Assembly: GCF_001194135.2 (NCBI RefSeq) | Contig: NC_068986.1 | Span: 91,513,360-91,577,359, forward strand | DNA length: 64,000 nucleotides | Source of the DNA: Octopus bimaculoides | Lineage: Eukaryota | Direction of reading: 5' to 3' | Shown: positions 1 to 12,110 of the stretch, piece after piece | Position numbering within the stretch: position 1 is the first letter of the stretch | Layout of the letters: the number at the start of each line of letters is the position of its first letter | Translations under genes and position numbers: made by a program | Notes under the pieces: generated by a model | Seen by the model: only the letters and a program-made list of their open reading frames with translations | Told to the model about the DNA's origin: nothing | Database searches by the model: none

Positions 1-929
1 ATTCATCTGATAGGCTTCTGCACCGAATTTTACTCACAAGATATGGATCAACCTAAGGCTAAAGAAAAAGTGGGGGAAAAAATTTACCCAGATGACATAC
101 AATGAGATTGAACCGAAGACCTCATGGCTGCGAAGCAAAGTTCTCAATCATTTACACAGATGTGAATGCACATACGTACACACACACATGCATGCATGCA
201 TGCATGCATGTATATGTACGTATGTGTATGTATGTTATCATTTTCCAGTTTTATTTCAAGATTTCTTATCAATAGAGAAAGAGGTGGTTTCTAACCTAGA
301 TCCAAGGCTCCTTCATAGAAATTTCAACATCAACAGGGTATTTGTGTATGCATGTGTGCAGTATTTGTAATCAGTGCATGTTCATACGAGTAGGTTTTCT
401 TTTATGTATGTATTCTCATGCATATAGTTGCATGTCTAGACATGCACATATATACTTAAATGGTAGACTTCTGGAAAGTTTTACAAATTTTTACAGTTTC
501 AGTGATGGCTTGGATTTGTAATCTTTTCTTTGGATCAGCTTTTCCCTTTCTGGTTTTGAGAAACCTGATTTCTCAAGATTGGTATTTGGGTAGAGTGTTA
601 CATATCCTAGTGCCCCATTAATTACAAGTATAAACCTGAACTTGAATTCAGATAATGTATGTATGTATGTATGTATATTTGCGAGTGTATAATAATAATG
701 AACTTAATGTATATAGAGCTCAGGTGTACTTTACAAATTATAATTGAACCTTGGGTCTTATGAAAAACTTTCTCTGTCATTTGTAGGTCTCTTGAAGATT
801 ATATATTCCAATTCTTGATGACGAAAATGTTGCTTATATATAAATTATACGCGCACATATCTATGTGAAAAGGTTATTTTAAATTAAAATCACAATTTAA
901 AGTAAATCGCACTTTTGTATCAGTAATGG

Positions 930-1370
930 TGTTCCATAGTTACAATTATGCTGTCTTGTCAGAAGATTCGGCTTAACGCAGACTGCTCCGATTTTAGTGT
1001 TCGTGCGACGCTTTAGACCGCATCACACATATGGGTGTTTACATAGCAAGCGAAAAGGATTTTTTTTCTTATATATCCTGACAGATAAAGATTTTACCAA
1101 TAATCAAGTTCCGACGTTAATATTAGAGTTTTATAACTTTAGGAAAGCGTCTGAAAATTGCAATTTGTTTTCGAGAAAAATTTATATCAAAGAAATTGTT
1201 TTCTTTTAACCTTCTGCTAGTAATCAGTTTCACGCGTAGTAATATAGAGGTCTGTAAATAGTTCGCAGTCTGATTTTTCCCGCATTTCTTCAAATATGTT
1301 TAGGTTGACATATCTTCGTTAATTACGGAAATATTCATTGGTAGAGGCTTCTTAACAAACAGGTTAGTCT
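930..1370 (+). promoter_or_regulatory. Candidate cell-cycle promoter (possibly LRR1): CpG-enriched patch with an E2F-like site and a downstream splice donor
   Basis: TTTTCCCGC at 1275-1283, TTCAAA (reverse CHR-like) at 1289-1294, TTTCACGCGT at 1228-1237, donor-like CAG|GTTAGT at 1362/1363. CpG is visibly denser than in the flanks. The link to LRR1 is inference. Confidence 0.3.
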
Positions 1371-2029
1371 CTGATGTTTTATACTGTAATTAAATTTATA
1401 ACTATTACAGAAAAGACTTTAGGAGAATGTAAGCTCTTTGCTTATTTTACTGTGTTTTAAAACTTTTATCGTGTTGTGTTGATGTTTTGTCCCAGGTTAA
1501 CCCTGTACCAACGTTTCCATTGTGACCGTTTCTTCTTAATTACATATATTATTTAGAATTACACTGGTCTACGTTCGCTTCCTTCATTAAAAAAATACAA
1601 CAAACACTGATGGAAAAAACAACTACAGATATTGAGGGAAATTTAGTTGCTGTTTCGTACGCTTTGAACGAATGAAATTGATATTGTAATGATTCTCTTG
1701 TTATGTGTAAATGTATATAATATGCGTTATTGTTTAACTTCAAGCCAGCCGTTATCATCTCATTCCACTCAAAATACAGTAAAACTATGCAAATAATCTA
1801 AAACGTGTTTCCTTTTTTTAAAAGACGGTGGGTAACGGGTTTTATGAGGTGATTTGGCTGCTATTTCTAGCATTTCAAATGTGCTTTGATTTATAGTCAG
1901 ATAAATTTGACAAACTTATCACTCTTTGTGTAGTGAGGAACGTTACTGCTGGTTTGAGTTGATTCTTTGGCTACTGAGTAGCCGGAGCTATCTGTCTGTC
2001 TGTCTATCTCACCATCTCTCTCTCTATAT

Positions 2030-2285
2030 ATATCTATCTATCTATCACTCGTTCACCTGTTTGTGTCCGTAGAATTTATCAAATTAGAAAACGCAAATTT
2101 AATATAAAAATATATTTTCTGAAATTGCAAATTATTTAAAATATAAAAATATAATTTTCAACAGAGAGAATTTTTCAAAATAGAAAACAAATGAAGTTTG
2201 AAGTTTAAAAATAATAGGATCGACCACTCACGACTAGCTAGCGCGGACGCGCGACTGCGCGTTCGGGACCACTCTGCTTTAGTAG
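2030..2285 (+). mobile_element. Candidate non-autonomous Helitron-like element
   Basis: Starts in (TCTA)n-TCACTCG and ends with a GC-rich hairpin (cggacgcgc-gact-gcgcgttcg, 2244-2265) about 15 nt before TTAG-T. No TIR or TSD. Confidence 0.4.
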
Positions 2286-2356
2286 TACCCTTATACTCTG
2301 TGTGTTTTCAAACGCATGGATATAAGTGTCAAATTTGTTCCAATAACTTTCGAGTG

Positions 2357-2389
<33 letters not shown>

Positions 2390-2867
2390 CAGACACAGAC
2401 AGATAGCTCGCTCTGGCCAGTCATGGTATTAGCTGTCAGTAGCCAAAGAATCAACTCAAACCAGCAGTAACGTTCCTTGTCAGATTTTTCTACTTTCACT
2501 TCTGACAGCTAATACCATGACAGTGCCTAGTTATTTAGTTGTCCTGGTCAAGTGGCGTTGTCTGGTTTGTGTCGAACGCAATGATTTTTTATTTAGAATA
2601 TGACCTATTTGAGGTGAGTAAACATTATTCAGCCATGCTAAAGAAAACCCAATAAAAGTGAAGGTAACAACATACATTCCTTAAAGTAAAATATAACAAA
2701 ATTACGTTTCAGATTGGTTGACTCGCCAAAGTATCAATCAATTAAATAATATTGGAAATATGTAATGTAGTGAGTGGAAAGATAGTGTGATATTTAGCGG
2801 ACATAGTAACAACTCTGGACTTACAAGACTTCATCAAGAAAGCATTGACATTCACATGTTTCTAGAT

Positions 2868-3386
2868 CAGGGATCGCCAAACTTCGACCATCGACCCCTT
2901 TTGGCCACTTCACCTTCCTTATCGAGCCCCTTTAGTCACTTCTTCCGCATCGACCTACCTTAAGTTATGGTACGGTAGAGTAATACCCTACCGTACCACA
3001 ACTTAAATGCGTACCGGGTACTGATACTGGCAATTAAAATGTTAGCTAAAATATACTTGTACGACAAATTAAATTCTATTGAAGATGACACACTTTTTAC
3101 ATTTAAAACTTCGTGTACGGGTATACAGTATTAAACTTTTAGTTTTTATGAAATTGTTTTCACGGTTAGAAAATGTGAAAAACATCATATTGCCAGAATA
3201 TCTTTTATTGAAATTGACAACATCAATGTGAGGGGTGAGCATGGCGCTAAGTATTTCTAGCAGTTCATCTGGGTGAGTTGGTCTTTCGCACGCCGACCCC
3301 TATTCGACCCCTTGGCTATCATCGACCACCTGTAATTCCTCGCCGACCCGTAGGGGGTACCTCGGGTGCCCTTTGGCGACCCCCTG
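2868..3386. mobile_element. hAT (Charlie-like) MITE, 519 bp
   Basis: TIRs CAGGGATCGCCAAA / CAGGGGGTCGCCAAA; 8-bp TSD ttctagat/atctagat (NTCTAGAN target); repeated CGACC subterminal motifs; internal 19-bp hairpin at 2960-3006. Confidence 0.85.
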
Positions 3387-4530
3387 ATCTAGATCTATGG
3401 AGATAGAGAAATAATTATTTCTATACTAAAATATACATACACTGGCGAAGCAAAACAATTTAAAGCTTGAGGGAAATAACTTAAGAATATCACCCACTTG
3501 AAAGATAAATTATTAAAGTATATATGCTATAATCTTGTCCAGTCTGGAGTTGCAGTGGTTGATTTTTATGCATCTTCTATATATAATTGTTATTCTTTAG
3601 CCCAGATCAATCTTGATCGAATAGACCTATGATTAAAATCATCCCAGCAATGACCTTCTCTTCTTTTTTGCATATCTAACATTTCTTCACATTCTTTCCT
3701 TTTCTGGATGTGATTTGAGGGAAATTTGGCTGTTATTTCTAGCAGTCCATATGTGATTGAAGGGTTTCGTAGTGAGTACACTAGAACTTTGGCAGTAACA
3801 CAACAGCGTTGATTCTCCAAGATGTAATGAAATAGTAAATATATGAGGGTGTAATAGAGGTTGTTGAAGTGTGTTGTTGTTGTTTGTCCCAAATCAACCT
3901 TGATGGAGCAAAACCTATTTTCAAAATAACTCCATCTGTAACAATCCGTCGTATTTTCAGGCGAAATATACCTAGGTACATCACACAGTGTGTCCTTCTT
4001 TTAAATAGTGTAAGCTGGAGATTTGGCTGCTGTTTCCAACTGCTTGAGCTCATCATTAGTGGTGGGAAGTGTAACTGGTAGGTTACTTAAAAGCTGGATC
4101 AAATTGTGACCGTGAAATTTGATCCTTATGTCTCCTGTCATTTATGTTTTTATTTCATAACCTGTGTGTGTATTGGGGTGGTGAGTATACAGTCCATATA
4201 TGTTTATCTCCATGCTTGTGTCATTGTCTCCTTCTGCTTAACATCTGCTGGTACTCTGGTCATTGATAATGGAATGAGATATGTGATACACCTGTCATCA
4301 TGCTCAGTCAGTGTAAGTGCATACTCTTTTACTTGTTTCAGTTATTTGACTGCGGCCATGCTGGAGCACCGCCTTTAGTCGAGCAAATCGACTCCAGGAC
4401 TTATTCTTTGTAAGCCTAGTACTTATTCTATCAGTCTCTTTTTGCCGAACCGCTAAGTTACGGGGACGTAAACACACCAGCACCGGTTGTCAAGCGATGG
4501 TTGGGGTGGGGGACAAACACAGACACACAA

Positions 4531-4532
<2 letters not shown>

Positions 4533-4581
<49 letters not shown>

Positions 4582-4582
4582 T
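4533..4582. repeat. Representative microsatellites: (TA)n at 4533-4582, 9737-9770, 37529-37567, 38207-38234, 51907-51933; (AAT)n at 17279-17302, 17535-17575; (CA)n at 9098-9126, 52985-53008
   Basis: Direct reading; coordinates approximate. Confidence 0.9.
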
Positions 4583-5075
4583 AAGACGGGCTTCTTTCAG
4601 TTTCCATCTACCAAATCCACTCACAAGGCTTTGGTTGGCCCGAAGCTATATTGGAAGACACTTGCCCAAGGTGCCACGCAGTGGGACTGAACCCGGAACC
4701 ATGTGGTTGGTAAGCAAGCTACTTACCACACGCCTTATGTTCCCTTAACAGTCCAGTAAAATAGAAACTGATAAAATAAATACCAGATATAAAATAAGTC
4801 TTAGGGTGCAGTTTGATAAACTAAATCCAAGGCACTGTCCAGCATAGTGACAGTCCAAAGACTAAAATAAAAGAATACCACTTGGTAACCAGTTACTTAG
4901 CTCATATTCAGCATTTTCTGTAAGTTAATGTTGTCCAAACTTTAGGGCCATACCATCTACCTCACATTGTTAGTTCAGTCACTACCCATATTTCAGTGCT
5001 ATAACATCACACAGACTACTGACCATACAGCATACATCTCTTAGTATATATTATTAAAAAAGAAGATAAAGATCC

Positions 5076-5689
5076 GGATCTTGTTCAAAACGGGGGCACC
5101 AGTATTTTCTTAACGAAACACTTTGAAACTTGGGACACTGGTAGAATGTGTCATATAAAACATCTTTTTCTCTTAGTCTTCTTAACAAAAAAACATACAT
5201 CGCAAGTTATTTCATGTTAAAGTTGTCGTATTTCTGTAATTTCAACCAATGACTGACGTCCATTCAGCCGAATACATTAAGTGCTGACTACGTAAACAAA
5301 CGATTCTGGCGGTGGTAAAATTATTATTTCCTTGTCAAAAAATGGCTGAAGCATATTGGCAGTAGGGTTAGGGTTAGGGTTAGGCAGTAGGTAATAAACC
5401 TTTCATACAGTTCAGGCAGATGTTAACGAAATTATAAATGGAGATTAAATACGCTTTACACCGCTTAAACTGCCAAAGGAGTAAGTGTAAACAGCTGAAT
5501 ACTTGTCAGTGATTGGTTGAAATTATCGAAATAAGACAATTTTTTACATGAAATAAATTCGAATACAAAAATTTTTTTCTGTTCTATAACACAAAATAGA
5601 TAAGTATACGAAGTTTGAAAGTCTTTCGGTACCAAAAACACTACATAAAACATTAATGAAAACTGGTGCCCCCGTTTTGAACAAGATCC
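5076..5689. mobile_element. Young non-autonomous DNA transposon (Merlin-like MITE), 614 bp
   Basis: Perfect 28-bp TIRs (GGATCTTGTTCAAAACGGGGGCACCAGT at 5076-5103 and its reverse complement at 5662-5689) and a perfect 8-bp TSD AAAGATCC (5068-5075, 5690-5697). GG termini with an 8-bp TSD fit Merlin; the superfamily is inferred. Confidence 0.85.
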
Positions 5690-5699
5690 AAAGATCCTT

Positions 5700-5925
5700 C
5701 CCTGATCATAGGGCTGGCTTCCATCATGAATAAACGTTTCTGCCCTGGATGGGATGCCAGTCCATTGCAGGAAATACTCATTTTTGTCAGCTAAGTGGAC
5801 TGGAACAACATGAAATGAAGTGTTTTGCTTAAGAATATAACGCATTGCCTTGTCCAGGAATCGAAACCACAGTGTTATGATCATGAGTCCAACACCTAAA
5901 CCTCTAAGCCATGCACCTCCACAAT
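5700..5925 (-). mobile_element. tRNA-derived SINE whose 3' tail was interrupted by the Merlin-like MITE
   Basis: Reverse strand has an A-box-like TGGCTTAGAGG and B box GGTTTCGATTCC near 5860-5920, with a CCCTGGATGGGATGCCAGTCC motif near the tail. Confidence 0.6.
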
Positions 5926-7555
5926 ATATACTATTATTAGAGAAAACAGAAAAAATCTTTCAGTTTGCTTTATAGTGGAAAATTAGGAAAAAAAAAAAAT
6001 CTTTATGTTCGTTATTTAAAGGTTTATTTATTTATTTCTGATATTACCATCATGACTGGTACCACCAGTAGCTTTGTTAGCATCAAGAGCAGCTGAGCAA
6101 AAAATCTCTATTGATTTGCTTCAAACGAACATTCTTCAATTTGAAATGCACATGCATATATTAATGTGCATAAGAAACAGTTTATAGTTTTCTTGCTTTC
6201 TTGAATTTTTTAAACTCCTACATCTATGAATCGTTCTACTCTTTGTTACTTAACATTTAGTAGTGTAGTATTAGTAGTATTGGTGGTGGTAAATTCTTAG
6301 TAAATCAATTGCCTGCCTGTACATATGCATGTGTGTGTGCATGAAGATATGCAAATAATGATGATTAGACATATGCATTGTTATCAACTTTAGGAATTTC
6401 CTTTTGCTTTACTTGACAACGCTGTCAGCTGTTTGTACGATAAACTCACAAAGTGTGACACAGAGGTTTCTTGGACATTAAAAAATGTGTGTTGTGTTTG
6501 AGCTTATAAATTACATACATTAAATTTGGTGGAAAGCTGTTTTAACACCACCAGGTCAGCTGTAATTGAGGAAACCTATACTCAAAGGAATTCAAGTCAT
6601 GACCATTCAATTTCTCTCTTTTGCAACTTCATTGTTCCATATGTCCTTTCCATTTATAGATAAGGAAGATTTGGTTGTTTTTTTTTAGCAGGATGTTGCG
6701 GCTAGATTGTTATCTAGTGTATGGTGAATGTATAGAAAAGTAGAGCACCAGACTAAATGCATTTCAGTACTTAGTTTTGTTCTAGTTTTGAAGATTGTTT
6801 GGGGTTGACAATATTTATGTGTGCATATTAGGACTGCTTAATTACAAAGTTATAATAACCTCAAATTAAAATATCAGTTAACATAATATGCACCATCATA
6901 GATTTTTTTTTTTTATACTTAGCTTTCTCTACCGACACGGGTATGATGGTTCATTACAATCAGAGTGCATTGAGTGCATTTTATCGGTGTATGAACACTA
7001 ATGAGATTGTTATGTCCTTGGCTAGACTAAAAGGTTTTCTGCATCCTGTGTTGTCTTCAGTCAATGAGTATACTGGGTGTATTTTATTATGGCACCAACA
7101 TTAGTGTGCTTGCTTTGTCCTCTACAAAAGGTGGTCCTCATCACTGTGTGTTGTGTCCAAATGGGATTACAGGTATGATAGAGTGGGTATGGCAGAAGGT
7201 AACTGCAGGAAAAGAACTGGGGATGAGAGGGGAGAAAAAGAGAGTGTGAAAGACAGTGATTGGCAAGACAGTGTGGAAAGAGGAAAAGGTGAGAGAGATA
7301 GTGTGAGGAGTGATAAAGAGGGGTAGTAATAACAGAATGTAATGAGAAAAATGGCAATTGTAGAAGTTAGTGGTAGTAGGAGCATGTCATGTTTCGTTAT
7401 AGAAATGAGCAGTGGCAAGTATATTCATTTTTATGTCTGCTTTTTCATGTTAGTATGAATTGGATAAGACTTATTGTGGCAATATTCTATGACTGCATGC
7501 TCTCCTGATGCCCACACATATTTTCAAGCAATGTCGATCTATATAGCTGCCAATC

Positions 7556-8400
7556 TATTTATATGGAACATAAACACACCATCTTCTGCTCATCCAAAAA
7601 TAAAAGTATTTTAAAAAAATCAAAAAGATATCAACTATATTATGGCTGGGAGATAACAGTTTACTCAAAGTAGCCACCCTCAACTTTAACCATGACCTCA
7701 AGTTCTGGAACCTGATGCATCCATTCCTCACTGTGTCCTTGGGGAGATCTTTGAACACCTTGACCTTAGCTACCATCTCGGCCTTGGTGTTGCAGGTAGA
7801 GCAGTTGGTGTCTCTCTCAGCTGTGCCCCACACATAGTAATCCATGAGATAATAATCAGGGGAATGAGAGGTCAAAAATTGGGACTGGTGAAGTCATAGG
7901 AATTCTCTGACAACCACTTCTGACTTTTTCTGGAAATATGGCAAGGAGCTGAATGCTGCTGTCACACATATGGCCTTCCAGCAGCAACCCTCTCCACCAG
8001 GATTTGACCAGTTTCCAACAGCTTCACAAAGCCATCTGAATTGAGCCTAAAGACCTGTTCAAAGATGTGGGGTGACATGACGTCATCTTCACTGGGGACA
8101 CACTTTGCTGTGTCCCTTCCTGCTGGTCATGTCTTTGCAGTCTCCATCGCAGCTGTTCATCTCACATCTTACAACCTTTACAGTTTTCACAGAACATTGA
8201 GCAGCCAAAATCATCCTGACACAGGTAACTCTTTTCCAAAATTCACATTGTTTCCAGTCCTCCATGTCAGCTAACTTTTTCTCAACTACAACTTTAATCT
8301 TTATGCTTTCCAATGCCATTGACTGTTCACCAATACATCAAACTGTCCCTAGAAAAAAGAAGACATAAAATTTGTCAAATTTGGTTTGAACACCCTATAT
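7556..8400 (-). mobile_element. Decayed, internally deleted Tc1/mariner transposase fossil, maT (DD37D)-like
   Basis: Minus-strand translation ERVAAGRPYV*QQHSAPCH...WLSEN...F*P(fs)HSPDYYLMDYYVWG gives 37 residues between the second and third catalytic positions. N-terminal remnant in ORF 8089-8319; mariner-like end TATAGGGTGTTCAAA near 8399. Stops and frameshifts present. Confidence 0.8.
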
Positions 8401-9731
8401 ATGAGCTAATGAGGGAGGTCACCACTAGTGTGCAACTAGAAAAAAAAACCCAGCCAAATCTCCATCAAACTATAAACTAGATCCTCCAAGAGTTTGGAAT
8501 GGTATGAGAGTCACCATCAAGTATGATGCCCCATGTCCTGGGTGTCTTGTTAGAAAAATTTGCTGGATATAACAGTTTCATTCCCAGAATACCCCTGAAA
8601 CCAACTGCTATGCTACTCCAATTTAAAATTTCCATTTCCTGTCAGCTTCGGCTTCATCATAACTACCAAGGTATCTCAAAGATAATTGTTGTAAAAATTA
8701 TGATCAGCTTCCTTTTGGTAATCCAAGAGTTTAAAACCCTGATAGCCTCTTTATCAAAAAATCACAGGGCAAAACCTATTCTGTGAAAAAAAGCAGAAAT
8801 CTATTTTATTAGTTAATCAGTTTGTAAAGTGTGTCAAAATTAGTACATTGCTGCATAATGTTACTTTGATACAATGGCCAAGCAGTGCTTGGTATCTCTC
8901 TGCTTGTGATTGAGAAAATCTTCAATGCCAGATTAAAAAATTATGCAATGGTTAAATCCTGGTAGATTTGATTTATTTTACATCTGTTGTATTTGTGTGT
9001 TGATTTTCTTTTATTTGTATTTTGCTAGTAGTAAAGCTTATATAGTTATCCACCTTTTCTTTTTTTGTGGTTACATGCATATACTCTGTCTGTCTCATAC
9101 ACACACACACACACACACACACACATGCACTTTCTCCTTTTTGCTCATTACAACCCCACTGCATGCTTTACAGATATTTTGTTTACAATCTTTGGTGACA
9201 TTTTAAATAATTATCCATAAATGTAATTTCTACATTATCACCATCATTCTGCATCAAATTTTAGTGCTGTCATCTAAATTTTTTTTTTATCTAATTATAT
9301 TTTGTGTACTGTATGATAATGATATTATAAAACCATGATGGCTCATTGTGATTAATGCTTGAAAACATTAACATGAAATTGTCATACTTATTTACAACTT
9401 TTACTCAATTGCATTGAATATCTAAAATATGTTTTGCATTCTGTAAAAATCTGTCTGGAGCCAAAAGGCTCATCTCAGTTTCTGAGATGTTTAAGTGAAA
9501 GAGAGAATGTCTCCGAACAGGACACTAGTCTGTTGTGAGATTAACCCTGAGCTGCTGCTATTTTAACTTACTGAATAAAATCTGCTGTACCCCACTACAC
9601 CCAATCAGAACTTAGGAAATTCCAGTATTTCTTGCATTTCTATTATCGACTGGATTCCCTTGTTCTGTATATCACTTGTCTGATGATCAGAAACAAGAAG
9701 CCTGGGGTAACAATTTGTGAAGTTTTCAGCT

Positions 9732-9772
<41 letters not shown>

Positions 9773-10854
9773 GTGTCTAGTCATTCTAGGTGTATACGAC
9801 AGGCAGGTGAAATTCAGTCGTTATTCTTCCTCTTGTTCATGTTTATTTTTTTAATTAATCAGGAAAAAAAAAAAATTCATTCAACCAAGGCATCCAAACT
9901 GTTAACTGGATTAATTTACTAATTCATTAACCCTCCTACTTACCTCTCTTAATATCTTTGCACTTCTTTTTCTCTTTCTTTCCCTGGTGGGGATTTTTCC
10001 TGTTATTTGTTTTCCAATCTGCTGCTGCTCTTCAAGCTTTGCTCACTTCATGTTTCAGTCTTTCTATTTTTTCACTTCTTCTTTCCTCTCTCTCTCTCCT
10101 CATTTTCTGTTTTTGCTCTCTTGTATTCGTGCTTTCTCTTATTCTTTCTATTAAAAAAACTTTTTTTTTTTTCATTTCCATTAACTGACCATTTTATTTG
10201 TCCACTTGAGTATCTCTTTCTCTCTCTCTCATTCATTCATTCGTTCATTCATTTGTTTTTCTAACATTCTATTTTTCTCATGATGATAATTCTTTTTCAT
10301 TCACATATTTTACTAACTTAATTTCGTTTTCATTATTTTTCTTCTGTTCTTCTAATTTACCCTTCTTTTTCTCATTCCTTATTTCCTGTCTTTCTTTAAC
10401 TCTTTATTCAACTTTAATCCTTTCTTTTTTCTTTCTTCCATCCATTTTTATTCAACCTGCTCATGCATCTCTCCCCCCCTCTCACACATTTCCCCCTTTT
10501 TCTTGATCATTTTACTTATACATATCACTTCTTCTCCTCTCCTGTTTTACTAACTCATTCACCCAACTGATGTCACTCTCACATCAGTATATTCACTCTT
10601 ACTACCTCCTTCTTTGCTCCTTTCCTCCCACTTCTAGACTCTTTCTGTTTTTCTCTCTCTATGCAACCAAGTATACATGCTCTACTGATGACAATGTCTC
10701 CAAGTATCACCAATAATTAAATCTCATGTTTCTCCCTCTTCTCAAATCAGATCAATATTTTGCATTGTGAGACATTCGTTGTCTATAAAACACTACTTGT
10801 TGAATTAAATCAGAATTCTGCCTAGTCAGTGGCAAAGCTTACCAACTGCTTTCT

Positions 10855-10874
10855 GGGGGGGGGGGGGGGGGGGG
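10855..10874 (+). repeat. Poly-G run (20 G)
   Basis: Direct reading of the sequence. Confidence 0.9.
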
Positions 10875-11827
10875 AGGTCTTTCCCCTCCCTTTTATTCTA
10901 CAGTGTTCCATAATTTGAAATTTCTCTTCCTCGACTGACTTAATGAATAAGCTATGGCATTATTACTCAATCTTATTTCGGTAGTTGAATATTAATATTA
11001 TTAAATATTTTTCCATTTGTGTATATTTTTTAAAATCTTCTTTTTCAATATTCTTTTATGTCTCTCTCTCTCTTTCTTGCTCTCTTGTAATCCTCTCTTC
11101 TAAGAATCTTTACTATTCTTAACCTTTATCCAAAGATGACTCAACAGATTGGTTTCTGGAATTTTGTAATTTTGTTCTTACTTGCCATCTGTATCATCAT
11201 CATCATCATCTTCTTCTTCTTCATTTACTATCCATTTCCCATGCTGGCATGGGTTGGACAGTTTGATCAGAGCTGCAGAGCTGGACTAAGTTCCATTCTC
11301 ATTTGGCTCAGTTTCTATGGCTGGCTGCCCACTTTACAAAGTGTACTGAGTACTTTTTATGTGGCACCTGCTTGGGTGCCTTTTACATGAAACCTTCACA
11401 GGTGCTTTTTATGTGGCACCGGTACAGATACTTTTTACATGGCACTGGATCCTTGGACTAATTTCAAATGTTTAATTTTTATTAGAGTCGTTGGTCTTCA
11501 GGTTTCTCTTTTAAATTTATTGTTTCCTTTGGACACAAGGCTGCTTGTTCAAAAAGAGAAGTGGAGTTGTTGATTGAATCAACCCCTTTTTACTACTGCT
11601 ACAATGTCCCAATGAAGAATGTACAACAGACTTGACTTTGGTGGAATTTCAAATGTAGAAGTGAAACGGAGAGAGGTGTGACTACATAATGTAATGATTT
11701 TAGTCTTCTGCACATTTATTTTCATAACCTTTTATATTTATTAATTAGCCGCACTGTGTGGACTTTTAAGCAAGCTCCTGCAGAGAGCTAATTGGGCTTG
11801 TGGCTGAAAACTAAAGAGAGTGGTAAT

Positions 11828-12110
11828 CAGGGCTGTGGAGTTGAAACAAAAAACTTTGACTCCGACTCTGACTCCTGTACTATTGGCGTCTCTGATTCCT
11901 CTTTATGTAATTAAGTGATTGTTGTCTATATATCTCATAAAACATATGCACACAATTGTACTTTGAGTAGGCCTATATGTTATAACTGGTTTATATTAAA
12001 GAATATTAAAGAATAAAGACATTGTGAGTCGGAATCAGAGTTGGTATAGTTTTACCAACTCCGACTCCAGCTGCCCCTTAATTGTTTCTGATTCTGACTC
12101 CATAAACCTT
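11828..12110. mobile_element. Degenerate MITE with GGAGTCGG/CCGACTCC subterminal repeats (hAT-like)
   Basis: Left end CAGGGCTGTGGAGT, several gactcc/gagtcgga motifs in both orientations, decayed right end; no clean TSD. Confidence 0.45.

Noticed and set aside
5363-5384. TTAGGG repeats as a true telomere or fusion scar
   Set aside because: Only about 3.5 units, and they lie inside a TIR element; reported as part of that element instead.
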